A stretch of 32,000 nucleotides of DNA, taken from assembly GCA_026625185.1 (NCBI GenBank), contig CP113000.1:2772651-2804650 (forward strand), read 5' to 3'. Below the pieces are notes generated by a model. That model was not told where the DNA came from and did not search any database. It saw only the letters and a program-made list of their open reading frames with translations. The translations under genes and the position numbers were made by a program. Below, in pieces: positions 16,894 through 28,179 of this stretch (position 1 is the first letter of the stretch; every line of letters begins with the position of its first letter). The DNA is from Thermodesulfobacteriota bacterium (GTDB taxonomy: Bacteria; Desulfobacterota; WTBG01; JAGOGO01).

Positions 16894-19317
16894 TTATCCC
16901 ACCCCGGCCAATTCGAGACGGCCTTTCCATCTTTGTTTTAACACTTCTTTAAGAAAAAAGTTCTGGGGTTCTTGAAGCAATGGGTCTTGTCTTACCAACT
17001 CAAAAGCCTCTTCCCGGGCTTCATTTAGTATTCGGGCGTCTCTTATAATGTTTGCCACCCGGAAATCCGGTATGCCTGATTGTCGTACTCCGATAAATTC
17101 TCCCGGCCCCCTGATATTCAGATCTTCCTCGGCAATTTTAAAGCCGTCATTGGTCTCCTCCATTATTCTTAACCTTCTTCGAGCATCATCAGATTTGTTA
17201 TACTGCGCTAAAAGAATACAATACGATGGTTTTTCTCCCCGCCCTACCCTTCCTCTTAACTGATGAAGCTGTGATAGGCCAAATCGTTCCGCATGTTCAA
17301 CAACCATAAGGGTTGCCTGGGGCACATCAATCCCAACCTCAATCACCGTCGTGGCGACCAGTATTTGCACCTCATTGGTTTTGAATCTTTGCATCACCTC
17401 CTCTTTTTCCTCGCTTTTCATCCTTCCGTGAAGGAGTGCAGAGCGGTACTGGGGAAAAACTTCCTTCTGGATGTGTTCATACATCTTGGTCGCGTTCATT
17501 AATTCCAATTTTTCAGACTCTTCAATGAGAGGATAGACTATATAAGCCTGATTACCTCCTTCAACCTCCCTGGAAATAAGGTCATAGACCCTTTGCCGTT
17601 CTTTTTCATGAAATACTTTTGTTTTGATCGGCTTTCGGCCGGGGGGCATTTCATCAATGATGGAGATATCCAAGTCGCCGTAGACGGTCATAGCTAAAGT
17701 TCTCGGAATCGGTGTGGCGGTCATAACCAGGATGTCCGGACTTTCACCTTTTCTTTTAAGGGTCGCTCTCTGGATAACCCCGAAACGGTGTTGCTCATCA
17801 ATTATGCCTAAACCCAATTTTGCAAACTCTACTCCTTCCTGAATAATGGCGTGGGTTCCAATGATCAGGTTAATTTCCCCGTTTTTTATATTTTTATAAA
17901 CTTCATCCCGCGATGTTTTTTTCATACTGCTGAAAAGATAGGCGGTCTTGATTCCTAGCTTTTCAGCCAGTTGGTGGAGGGTAAGGAAGTGTTGTTCTGC
18001 CAATATTTCAGTCGGGGCCATAATCGCAACCTGGTAGTGATTTTCTATGGCAATGAAAGCGGCGGCAAAAGCAACAATAGTCTTGCCGCTTCCAACATCT
18101 CCCTGGATGAGGCGGTTCATGGGGCTTGGTTTTGTCATATCGGTTTTTATTTCATTGATTACCCGCCTCTGCGCCCCCGTCAGGTGGAAAGGAAGTCGCG
18201 GCTCAAAAATTTCCAAAAAATTATCCCGCGTATTAAATGAAATCCCTTTTTCCAAAAGAACCCCTCGTTTTCTTAAAGCCAAGGTTAATTCGAGAAAGAA
18301 AAATTCATCAAAAATGATACGTTGGTGATAGGGAGATTTACCACTGATCAGAAGGTCAAAATTATCATCGTTTTCCGGAAAATGAATGCGCTGGAAAGCG
18401 CAGGACATATCGGCCAGATTTCTTTTTTTGCTGATATAACGTGGAATTCCATCAGAAACTGCACCAGCATAACCTTCGACCACATTTTTCATGATGCGGC
18501 GTATGGTCTTTTGATGGAGTCCTTCGGTTTCCGAGTATTTGGGGACAATGCGTTTAAAATGAAGCTGGTCATCTTCTTCATTTTCAATGACCTCGATATC
18601 CGGGTGGGACATTTCTTTTCGGTATCGGAATGCTTCGACCTTGCCCGAAACAATAACCACTTGGCCTGGTTTAAACTTTTTTTTCAGGTAATTAAGATAA
18701 GGCTGGTTGAAATTGAACCATTTGGCTATAATGACGCCGGTTTCATCTCCTACGATTATCTCCAAGACTTTACGCCGGTTATATGAAACCAGGCTTAGCC
18801 CTACAATCTTTCCCTTTAACGTCTCCTTTTCACCTACCCGAGCCTTAAAAATTGGTTTTATGTTTCGTCGGTCTTCATAGTCCCGAGGAATAAAGTAAAG
18901 CGCATCTTCAACCGTGGAAATCCCTTTTTTTTTGAGCAGCTCAGCAAGCCGTGGACCGACCCCCTTAATATACTGAATGGGAGTTAAAAGAATATTACTT
19001 TTTTTTTCGATTGCCGACGATAGGTCTTTTTCTCCAGAGAAAGTTGTTATGGCGATTTCAATGGAGCTGATGAGGCGTAATGCTTCTTCTATCCTCTTTA
19101 GTTTAGATGCTCCATCAAGCAAAGCAAAATCATAAAAACATTTTTTAAACTCCACAATCAAATTTTGTTGAGCGTCGTTTAAGTTTAAAACAATTGCTCT
19201 CTCAATCAGATTACCTATGGTTATTTCCAGGTCTTTAACGTTTTCGATTTTTTTTGTTCGGGAGATAAAAAGAAGGGGGCTTTTGATGGAACCGATAATG
19301 TCGGCAAGTTGATCCAT
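16894..19317 (-). CDS. recG: ATP-dependent DNA helicase RecG
   Basis: 807 aa. Wedge/OB region, helicase motif I GDVGSGKT, DEQHRFG, TATPIPRT and QLHQLRGRVGRG. Confidence 0.95.
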   Translation of the reverse strand: MDQLADIIGSIKSPLLFISRTKKIENVKDLEITIGNLIERAIVLNLNDAQQNLIVEFKKCFYDFALLDGASKLKRIEEALRLISSIEIAITTFSGEKDLSSAIEKKSNILLTPIQYIKGVGPRLAELLKKKGISTVEDALYFIPRDYEDRRNIKPIFKARVGEKETLKGKIVGLSLVSYNRRKVLEIIVGDETGVIIAKWFNFNQPYLNYLKKKFKPGQVVIVSGKVEAFRYRKEMSHPDIEVIENEEDDQLHFKRIVPKYSETEGLHQKTIRRIMKNVVEGYAGAVSDGIPRYISKKRNLADMSCAFQRIHFPENDDNFDLLISGKSPYHQRIIFDEFFFLELTLALRKRGVLLEKGISFNTRDNFLEIFEPRLPFHLTGAQRRVINEIKTDMTKPSPMNRLIQGDVGSGKTIVAFAAAFIAIENHYQVAIMAPTEILAEQHFLTLHQLAEKLGIKTAYLFSSMKKTSRDEVYKNIKNGEINLIIGTHAIIQEGVEFAKLGLGIIDEQHRFGVIQRATLKRKGESPDILVMTATPIPRTLAMTVYGDLDISIIDEMPPGRKPIKTKVFHEKERQRVYDLISREVEGGNQAYIVYPLIEESEKLELMNATKMYEHIQKEVFPQYRSALLHGRMKSEEKEEVMQRFKTNEVQILVATTVIEVGIDVPQATLMVVEHAERFGLSQLHQLRGRVGRGEKPSYCILLAQYNKSDDARRRLRIMEETNDGFKIAEEDLNIRGPGEFIGVRQSGIPDFRVANIIRDARILNEAREEAFELVRQDPLLQEPQNFFLKEVLKQRWKGRLELAGVG

Positions 19318-19380
19318 GGCGCGCTCGTCACGTTATCGCTTTTTTTCTTTAAATGGTGTCAGATAAAATATATAATTTGT

Positions 19381-20064
19381 TTAAGAAGGATTTTCTTTTA
19401 TTAATCCAATTATGGTTTCACCAGCCTTGACCCGATCTCCCTCTTTTATTTTTAACTCTACCTCTAAGGGAAGGTATAAATCGACCCGTGATCCAAATTT
19501 TATAATACTCATCCGTTCTCCTTTAATCATTGAATCACCTTTTTGTTTCCACAGCACGATCCTCCGGGCGATAAGGCCGGCAATAAGCTTGGCTAAAATT
19601 TTAACCTCCCCCTTCCCTTCCATCTCCCCGCGTATACCTATTAAGACTTGCTCATTGTCTAAGGAGGCTTTTTCTTTAAAAGCAGAAATAAACTTCCCCG
19701 GATTATAGTGGTAATATTCAATAGTACCGGAAATCGGAGCGCGATTTAAATGAACACTAAAGATGTTCATAAAAATACTTACCCGGATACATTCTTTTTT
19801 TAAGTAAACATCTTCATTCATTTTGTTAATGGCAATGATTTTCCCGTCTGCCGGAGAAACAATAATGTTTGAGGCTGGGGATATTTTCCTTTCCGGATCA
19901 CGAAAAAAATAGCAAACCTCAATAAAGAAAAGACATACAACAAAAGCAAGAATCCCCAAAGCCGGTCTCCTGAAGGCATAAAAGCTTATTGCAAGAAACA
20001 GAGCGAGTAAACAGGCAATATACGGCAGCCCTTCGGAACAAAAAAATAATATTTTTTTATGCAT
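19381..20064 (-). CDS. psd: Phosphatidylserine decarboxylase family proenzyme (short type)
   Basis: 227 aa. Two N-terminal TM helices, a conserved core and a FGSRVD self-cleavage-type G-S motif near the C-terminus. Confidence 0.85.
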   Translation of the reverse strand: MHKKILFFCSEGLPYIACLLALFLAISFYAFRRPALGILAFVVCLFFIEVCYFFRDPERKISPASNIIVSPADGKIIAINKMNEDVYLKKECIRVSIFMNIFSVHLNRAPISGTIEYYHYNPGKFISAFKEKASLDNEQVLIGIRGEMEGKGEVKILAKLIAGLIARRIVLWKQKGDSMIKGERMSIIKFGSRVDLYLPLEVELKIKEGDRVKAGETIIGLIKENPS

Positions 20065-20075
20065 AAATATGTTAC

Positions 20076-21437
20076 CTAAAGAAACTCCAACGCTTTTTCA
20101 ATGGAATCAACCCCAATACACTCGATGTTTAAATCGCCGGCTATTTGATTGACATTGTTTTTCGGCATCAGACACCGAGAAAAACCCATCTTTGATGCTT
20201 CTCTAACCCGCCGTTCCGCCTGACTAATGGCTCTCACCTCTCCTGTAAGCCCCACCTCGCCAAAAGTTACCATTCGGGGATCAAGCGGGCGGTTTCGAAA
20301 ACTTGATGCCAAGGCCATAATAATGCCGAGGTCAACTGCGGGTTCATCAACCCTGATCCCTCCCGCCACATTAACAAATATATCCTGGTTGAGAAAACTT
20401 AAATCCGCTTTTTTCTCCAACACTGCCACCAGCAATGACACCCGGTTATAGTCAACCCCAAGAGAGGTCCTCCGAGGAACTCCAAAATTTGTGTAACTCA
20501 CTAATGCTTGGAGCTCAATCAGAAGGGGTCTTGAACCCTCAATGCACGCAATCACCACTGAGCCGGAAACATTTAAGGGCCGTTCCGCTAAAAAAAACTC
20601 TGAAGGGCTTAAAATTTCCTCCAAGCCGCTATCTCTCATCTCGAATACCCCAATTTCATTGGTTGATCCGAAACGGTTTTTGACCGAACGTAAAATCCGG
20701 TAGGGATGTCCGCGATCTCCTTCGAAATAGAGAACCGTGTCCACCATATGTTCCAAAACCCGTGGCCCGGCAATCGCCCCTTCCTTGGTAACGTGGCCGA
20801 CAAGAAAAATCGGGATATTGGTTTTTTTAGCCAAAAAAATTAATTTGCCTGATGACTCGCGAACCTGACTTACGGTCCCGGGTGCCGATTGGAGGTCGTT
20901 CATAAATAGGGTTTGAATGGAATCAATAACCACTGCCATAGGTTTTACGTCCATAATTCCTTTAATGATGGCTTCCAAAGAATTTTCAGCATGCACCAAT
21001 AAGTTCGCACTCGCGACCCCCAGCCGTTCCGCCCGAATTTTAGTTTGCCGGATTGATTCTTCTCCCGAAACATAGAGAACCTTTTTCCCATTCGCTGAAA
21101 GTTTATTAAGCGCCTGGAGAAGTAAGGTTGATTTCCCAATCCCAGGATCTCCTCCAATAAGGATAACCGATCCTGGAACAACCCCTCCCCCTAATACCCT
21201 ATCAAACTCCCCGATCGTGGTAATAAGTCTCTCTTCCTGGCTAAGCTCGATTTGGTTTAATGGCTGAGGTGATGATCTTTCATAAGGGAGATCAAGCGAT
21301 GAATACGGAGTATCCGGGGGAGAGATTACTTCCTCCACCAAAGTATTCCACCCCCCGCACTCAGGACACCTCCCAAGCCATTTGGAGCTTTGGTAACCGC
21401 ACGACTGGCAGGCAAAAATGGTTTTAACTTTAGCCAT
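20076..21437 (-). CDS. radA: DNA repair protein RadA/Sms
   Basis: 453 aa. N-terminal zinc ribbon CQSCGYQSSKWLGRCPECGGWNT, Walker A GDPGIGKST, KNRFG motif and a Lon-like C-terminal domain. Confidence 0.97.
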   Translation of the reverse strand: MAKVKTIFACQSCGYQSSKWLGRCPECGGWNTLVEEVISPPDTPYSSLDLPYERSSPQPLNQIELSQEERLITTIGEFDRVLGGGVVPGSVILIGGDPGIGKSTLLLQALNKLSANGKKVLYVSGEESIRQTKIRAERLGVASANLLVHAENSLEAIIKGIMDVKPMAVVIDSIQTLFMNDLQSAPGTVSQVRESSGKLIFLAKKTNIPIFLVGHVTKEGAIAGPRVLEHMVDTVLYFEGDRGHPYRILRSVKNRFGSTNEIGVFEMRDSGLEEILSPSEFFLAERPLNVSGSVVIACIEGSRPLLIELQALVSYTNFGVPRRTSLGVDYNRVSLLVAVLEKKADLSFLNQDIFVNVAGGIRVDEPAVDLGIIMALASSFRNRPLDPRMVTFGEVGLTGEVRAISQAERRVREASKMGFSRCLMPKNNVNQIAGDLNIECIGVDSIEKALEFL

Positions 21438-21448
21438 AAGTGCGATTT

Positions 21449-22015
21449 TTATTCCATCACAAGGTGGTTAAGAGATTTTGCCTGTTGATAATCTATGATG
21501 TCTATCATTGCCTTTCCACCCTTCGTTTCAATGATGGCTACCGTAGGAATTCCATCACCTTTGGGAAGAGAATGAGACCCGGGATTCAAAAATACTATAT
21601 TTTCCTTTTGCTCAAGCTGGGCAATATGAGTATGTCCGGAAATGGAAATCCCATAATTCCAGTGTAATGCCAACCTCACTGCCTCTTCGTCGCTCAGTAG
21701 ATGACCGTGGTGAAGCAAAATATTCAGCCCATTAAAGTGGCACAACGCATACGGTGACTGGATCGGAATATCCACCCCTACTTGATCAACCTCAGAATCA
21801 CAATTGCCTTTGCATATGACCAAAGGTTTCTTAAGATTGTTTATGGACAAAGCCAAGTTCAGAGTATCGTACCCTTCGGGTTGAGGATTGCGGATACCGT
21901 GATAAAAAATATCTCCGGCATGCAGGATAAGGTCAACATCAAAAAACACTCCATTGATAATTTCTACCCAGCTTTCAAGGCCGCCATGGGTATCACTCAT
22001 AACGCCGATACGCAT
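21449..22015 (-). CDS. Metallophosphoesterase, YfcE/MJ0936 family
   Basis: 188 aa. MRIGVMSDTHG, HAGDI, GNCD, HGH and GHTH metal-ligand motifs. GGAG RBS. Confidence 0.85.
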   Translation of the reverse strand: MRIGVMSDTHGGLESWVEIINGVFFDVDLILHAGDIFYHGIRNPQPEGYDTLNLALSINNLKKPLVICKGNCDSEVDQVGVDIPIQSPYALCHFNGLNILLHHGHLLSDEEAVRLALHWNYGISISGHTHIAQLEQKENIVFLNPGSHSLPKGDGIPTVAIIETKGGKAMIDIIDYQQAKSLNHLVME

Positions 22016-22025
22016 AATTTTCTCC

Positions 22026-22550
22026 TTATTGGATTTTTCGATAGGCTCTTCGCCCTATAAATAAACATAAAAAAATTGCCGTAAAACAAAAATCATTCAT
22101 GATAATAAAAATCAACTCAAAAGGTCCGTCGGCAAATCGATTGGCAATCGGATGGAACGGAAAAATAAAAAATTTATTTACCAAAGGCCAGAATAATGAA
22201 ACGCCGATTCCATTTTGAGGAAAGTTATCAAAAGACAAATAATCCAAAAAAATATGGGGTCCTATCAACAGAATGGTTAGGATAAAAAGTGGGAGGAATT
22301 TTTTTTTGAATAATTTTGAAACAATGCCCAAAATGATTCCTATTGCTAAAGGGAAAAACAGTGAATGGGTAAGCAACCGATGGCCTGCCTTGAGGTCACC
22401 GCTCAACATACCCCAAAAATAATCAAAGTCGGGCAAACAGGAGAGAAAGACAATAAAGGTGACAGCATAAACTTTATTATTTAAAACGTATTTTTTCGTT
22501 TCCGGATAAAAAAGAAGTCCGCAAAAAGAATGAGCTAAAGGAGTAGGCAT
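22026..22550 (-). CDS. Membrane-bound metal-dependent hydrolase, YdjM/DUF457-like
   Basis: 174 aa, 4-5 TM segments. LPDFDY and HRLLTHSLFF motifs parallel LPDIDH / HRGFTHS of E. coli YdjM (recalled). Confidence 0.7.
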   Translation of the reverse strand: MPTPLAHSFCGLLFYPETKKYVLNNKVYAVTFIVFLSCLPDFDYFWGMLSGDLKAGHRLLTHSLFFPLAIGIILGIVSKLFKKKFLPLFILTILLIGPHIFLDYLSFDNFPQNGIGVSLFWPLVNKFFIFPFHPIANRFADGPFELIFIIMNDFCFTAIFLCLFIGRRAYRKIQ

Positions 22551-22565
22551 GCGCGTAGTTCAAAA

Positions 22566-24068
<1,503 letters not shown>

Positions 24069-24076
24069 TTATTAGA

Positions 24077-24103
24077 ATTATATTAACCGTTCCTACCTGT
24101 CAA
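24077..24103 (-). promoter_or_regulatory. Candidate sigma-70 promoter of the guaB-led gene block
   Basis: The - strand reads TTGACA (24103-24098), a 15-nt spacer, then TATAAT (24082-24077). Both hexamers match consensus perfectly. The spacer is 2 nt shorter than optimal. Confidence 0.45.
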
Positions 24104-24338
24104 GGGGTAAAAATGCGAGAAGACTTTTTATTTTCTTTTTGTGGGAAAAGGCGGAGGTTGTGAAAATGATGTTGATGTTGGGGGTAGAGAAGTCGTTGTG
24201 GCAGGATATGGGAAAGATGGCTTAATGCTTTTTACCAAGTCATGCTCCGGAGAAAAAATTAAACATTTATCATAATCACGTAACGACACAACCTATAAAG
24301 ATTTTATCATTTAAAATTTTATAGACCCGTGAATAGGG

Positions 24339-24920
24339 CTAATTCTCAAAATGAAGTGCGATGGAATTCTCTTTTATCAATTCAAATTCTTGAATTTTTT
24401 TATAAAAAAACAGTAAAACATCAATCGGTCCTTCTACCGAGCCATGCGCTTTAAGGGTATACCCATGGCAAGAAGCCAAAGATCCTATATCCGTACATTC
24501 GGTATCGCTTTCCTCTTTTGGTTGATAATCCGGGGATGTTTTTAACTGTGAAGGCAATTCCTTAAAAATATTTTTTATCTCTTCTCCATATTTTTTCGCA
24601 TATACTTCATACTGAAAATGGAAAGATGCCTTTTTTATTTTCCTTACTTCCTTTAGCTTTAACTTTAAAACATGAAATGTTTTTTCTAACCCGTTTTTAA
24701 TCACATTAAGAAAATCTTCTTCAATAACCACATGGCACAGACTTTCATGAAGGTGCGTCCACTCCATAAAAACTTCACCTAAGGTCTCGGTTTTTATATT
24801 ATTCTCTCGGCTCACAATAACGGTTCCGGTTCGCTTGCTGCCTTCCAATAATCCGAAAATAAAACCCTTAATGACGGGTACATGTCCTTCAATAACTAAT
24901 TCATAGAAAACCTTTTCCAT
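24339..24920 (-). CDS. Uncharacterised soluble protein (193 aa) downstream of the permease
   Basis: ATG 24920 (MEKVFYEL) is preceded by GAGGAAGGG and lies 19 nt after the permease stop (TAG, 24942-24940). No motif I recognise. Alternating beta/alpha-like segments flank an acidic Cys-containing linker, PKEESDTECTDIGSLASCHG. Confidence 0.6.
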   Translation of the reverse strand: MEKVFYELVIEGHVPVIKGFIFGLLEGSKRTGTVIVSRENNIKTETLGEVFMEWTHLHESLCHVVIEEDFLNVIKNGLEKTFHVLKLKLKEVRKIKKASFHFQYEVYAKKYGEEIKNIFKELPSQLKTSPDYQPKEESDTECTDIGSLASCHGYTLKAHGSVEGPIDVLLFFYKKIQEFELIKENSIALHFEN

Positions 24921-24939
24921 TTCAAATCCCTTCCTCTTT

Positions 24940-26454
24940 CTAAAAAAACACAAAAGTTACTACGATAAAAAGCGGAATTAAAATCGGGATAGAGTATTTA
25001 AAAATATACCCGAAAAAGCTCGGCATAGCTACCCCGGCTTCTTCAGCAATGGATTTTACCATAAAATTAGGGGCATTCCCAATATAGGTGTTTGCGCCCA
25101 TAAAGACTGATCCAATTGAAATTGCCTTTAGAAATGATATAAATTCTTTGCTAATACTATCACTTCCACCGCAAAGGAGGATTTGCCTGACCAGGCTTTC
25201 AGGTATCTGGAGTTTTCCCAGGGCGGATTTGAAAAAAATGAGATACGTGGGCGCGTTATCTAAAAAAGAAGAAAGTCCACCGGATATCCAGTAGTAATGG
25301 TAAGGCTCGTTAACCGCATTGACTAAAAACGCAAATGTTCCTTCACTCCCGGCATTAAGAATAGAAAGAGCGGGAATAATCGTCATAAAAATCCCCGCAA
25401 AAAGATAGGCCACTTCCTTTATTGGCTCCCAACTAAATTCATTCGTTTCGCGCAGGTTTTTTTGGGTAGTCAATAATGAAAGCACTCCCATCAAGATCAT
25501 CATAAAATCACGAAAGAGGTTTTGCTTGGGGATCGAAATACCAAAGATAGTTATTGCCCCCCATTTTAAAATACCACTTAATAAAATCGCGCCCACCACG
25601 CCAGCTAAAAAGAAAAAATTATGCCAGCCTTTTAAACCAATAGGCGACTTTTCAGCATTGGTCTTTCCGTTTTCTTTGTGTGTTTCTTGTTGATAATAAA
25701 AGCTGTCCACAAGAAAGAAAATAATGAGCAGTAGGCTACTCGCAAATAACATTTCAGGGAGGAGTTTAAAAGTCCAGAAAAAAGGAACCCCATGGAGAAA
25801 ACCGAGAAAAAGAGGCGGGTCACCTAAAGGAGTAAGTGAACCGCCAATATTGGCCACCAAAAAAATGAAGAAACAAATTACGTGCGTTTTTCTTCTTCGG
25901 GAGGCATTGGCACGCAAAACCGGACGAATCATAATCATTGATGCTCCGGTAGTCCCAACCCATGACGCCATTACGGTACCAACCAGTAAAAGAATGGTAT
26001 TTACAATCGGCCTTCCTTGTAAATTTCCTGTAAGAACAATTCCACCGGCAATAGTAAACAACGCCCAAAGCATAATGATGAAAGGAATATAGTCCACCAT
26101 ATAAATGTGAAGAATATTATGGATTGCATCACTGTTATAAAAATAAATAAACGGGAGAGCAAAAATCAGCGCCCAAAAAGCTGCAACCTTAGGGTAATGG
26201 TGGTGCCAAAAATGCGGCGCAACTAAAGGGAAAATAGCTATTGACAATAATATGCCGACAAACGGCAGGATTGTCCACAGAGGAAGTTTTTTGCCTAATT
26301 CATCGCAGTGTTTGTCAAATTTTACCGGGCATTGATTAGCGGTGGCTGTTGCTTCATTTCCCGATGGTGAAGATGACGATCCTGCCCAAGAACCTCCGAT
26401 GAATAAGCCAAGAGTAAAAATTAAAATAAAAAAAGAGACTGATATTTTTTTCAT
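24940..26454 (-). CDS. Ion transporter of the ArsB/NhaD/CitMHS permease superfamily (often annotated sodium:proton antiporter)
   Basis: 504 aa. Signal-peptide-like N-terminus, then a Cys pair (CPVKFDKHC), about 11-12 TM segments, and the segment GGSLTPLGDPPLFLGFL. The family call is from memory of similar proteins. Confidence 0.8.
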   Translation of the reverse strand: MKKISVSFFILIFTLGLFIGGSWAGSSSSPSGNEATATANQCPVKFDKHCDELGKKLPLWTILPFVGILLSIAIFPLVAPHFWHHHYPKVAAFWALIFALPFIYFYNSDAIHNILHIYMVDYIPFIIMLWALFTIAGGIVLTGNLQGRPIVNTILLLVGTVMASWVGTTGASMIMIRPVLRANASRRRKTHVICFFIFLVANIGGSLTPLGDPPLFLGFLHGVPFFWTFKLLPEMLFASSLLLIIFFLVDSFYYQQETHKENGKTNAEKSPIGLKGWHNFFFLAGVVGAILLSGILKWGAITIFGISIPKQNLFRDFMMILMGVLSLLTTQKNLRETNEFSWEPIKEVAYLFAGIFMTIIPALSILNAGSEGTFAFLVNAVNEPYHYYWISGGLSSFLDNAPTYLIFFKSALGKLQIPESLVRQILLCGGSDSISKEFISFLKAISIGSVFMGANTYIGNAPNFMVKSIAEEAGVAMPSFFGYIFKYSIPILIPLFIVVTFVFF

Positions 26455-26612
26455 CAGGTGTACCTTCTAATTAAGTTTTTCTTTCATATTACCATCAATT
26501 TTTAAGGCTGAATTATGATTAATCCAACATAGTATACAAACACTCAGTTAAAATAAGTTGCTCAAGGGATAAACAATTGAAATATTTTTTTTCAACAACA
26601 GATCCGGAAATA

Positions 26613-26724
26613 AAAACCCGTTAGAAAGGCCTTGGTTGCCAGGTTAGCTATTTGGCATCTAACATTCTTACACTTTCTCACCCGTGGAAAATGTCCCGTA
26701 TGAAAGGTTTTTAACCGGTTTTAC
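26613..26724 (+). repeat. Intergenic inverted-terminus element, copy D (~110 bp)
   Basis: Left end aacccgttagaaa (26615-26627) matches the reverse complement of tttttaaccggtt (26708-26720) at 11 of 13 positions. Internal GTTAG / CTAAC pair (26641-26666). The segment acactttctcacccgtggaaaatg parallels cttcttcacccgtttaaaaatttg of copy B. Confidence 0.55.
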
Positions 26725-26916
26725 TTTGTTTTGCATAAGTTTTTAAAAAAGATAACCAGCTAAAAGAAAATGTTTTTTTTATTTTTCGAAATAACCCATG
26801 GGAAAAACAAGATGTAATTTATCACCTTTGATTAAATGCATTGAAATACTTAATAATTTAAGTTATATTTTATTTTAAATTCCCAATTTTTTTATTCAAA
26901 TAATTTTTTAGTAAAA

Positions 26917-28179
26917 ATGGATGAAAAAACTTTTGCCTATTTTCAAAATCGGGTCAAAGAAAAAATAGCTGATTTTGAAATATACCAGTTTGGAGAAAAA
27001 GAAACTCAGCAATTTTCAAAAGCCGAAGTTTTAAATTTTTTGCAAGAATTTCTTCGAGAAGGTGATACCAAAGAAGAATGCGACTATTTTTCAAAAGCCA
27101 TTCTTTTAGAATGCTATCATTATGACTCATGCTTGTATTATTTAAAAGAAGAGAAAAATCCGGAAACCAATAAAACAAACATTTATTTTTGGGACCTTCA
27201 TAATAAAAAAAGACTGCCTGAGGAAATAAAAAAAATAATCCTCCAGGAGCATACCTTTATTCCCTCCCAAAGCAAAACTGAAGCAGTTTTTCCCATTCGG
27301 GGTAAACATAATATTCAGGAGGAAATGAAATACCCCTCCAACGAAAAAGTTATTATCGGTGCCCTTGAAGTTAAAAGTCCTTACCCTCTCCATGACCATG
27401 ATTTATTCTTTTTAGAAAAGTATTGCCGTCGCCTTGGGATGGGAATCCACTTCTTTGATTTTTTAGAATATAACCAAAAACTTACCCAGCACATAATTGA
27501 TATGCTTACCGTTGCTTCCCATGATATTCGAGGGCCTTTAAACAGTATTGCGGTTGGTCTAAAAGTATTGGGAAAAGAACTTTACGGAAAACTTGATCCT
27601 AAGGTAAAAGAAGTGGTAAAGAGCCTCTACCGGAAATCCAACAACCTTTCGCTTACCTTGAATACCTATCTGGGCGAAACGAGCCTTTTTTCCGGCCATT
27701 TAGCAATCAAAAAGAAGAAGATAGACTACCGGACGGATATCATAAACCCTCTTTTAGAAGAATTCTCAGAAGCTTTTGCAAAAAACAACATCCTGATTGA
27801 TGAGTCCATGGGAGGCATTCCTGAAGGAAGAATCAGCATACGGGCTGATCGGATTTGGCTTTTGGCTGTTTATGGAAATTTGTTCAGCAATGTCATAAAA
27901 TATGGGGGACCGGGGTGCACCATGGCGTTTGGTTTTGAGGACTGGGGAGACCATTACCGCTTAAATGTGTTTAATACCGGTCGTCCTCTCGATCCAAGCG
28001 AACAAGAAAAGCTTTTTCACAAGTTTTCCCGGATTGAGGGGGAAGAAACAAAAAATGTTAAAGGAGCGGGCCTTGGTCTTTACTTTGTTAAAGAAATAAT
28101 CGAAGGGCACGGTGGAAAGATCTGGTACGAACCCAAACCTGATGGGTCAAACTTTGTTTTTACCCTTCCCAAAGATTAA
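26917..28179 (+). CDS. Cytoplasmic sensor histidine kinase with an unassigned (possibly GAF-like) N-terminal domain
   Basis: 420 aa with no TM segment. H-box ASHDIRGPLNSI, N-box GNLFSNVIKY and G2 box GAGLGLYFVKEIIEGHGG. The N-terminal ~190 aa has no motif I recognise. Confidence 0.9.
   Translation: MDEKTFAYFQNRVKEKIADFEIYQFGEKETQQFSKAEVLNFLQEFLREGDTKEECDYFSKAILLECYHYDSCLYYLKEEKNPETNKTNIYFWDLHNKKRLPEEIKKIILQEHTFIPSQSKTEAVFPIRGKHNIQEEMKYPSNEKVIIGALEVKSPYPLHDHDLFFLEKYCRRLGMGIHFFDFLEYNQKLTQHIIDMLTVASHDIRGPLNSIAVGLKVLGKELYGKLDPKVKEVVKSLYRKSNNLSLTLNTYLGETSLFSGHLAIKKKKIDYRTDIINPLLEEFSEAFAKNNILIDESMGGIPEGRISIRADRIWLLAVYGNLFSNVIKYGGPGCTMAFGFEDWGDHYRLNVFNTGRPLDPSEQEKLFHKFSRIEGEETKNVKGAGLGLYFVKEIIEGHGGKIWYEPKPDGSNFVFTLPKD

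Noticed and set aside
17048-18786. + strand ORFs (69-154 aa) inside recG
   Set aside because: Antisense shadow ORFs within a conserved helicase gene. The same reasoning applies to antisense ORFs inside dnaE, guaB, radA, the permease, the peptidase, speB and the radical SAM gene.
26650-26670. TGGCA motifs (here and at 15185) as possible sigma-54 -24 elements
   Set aside because: There is no TTGC -12 element at the required spacing.
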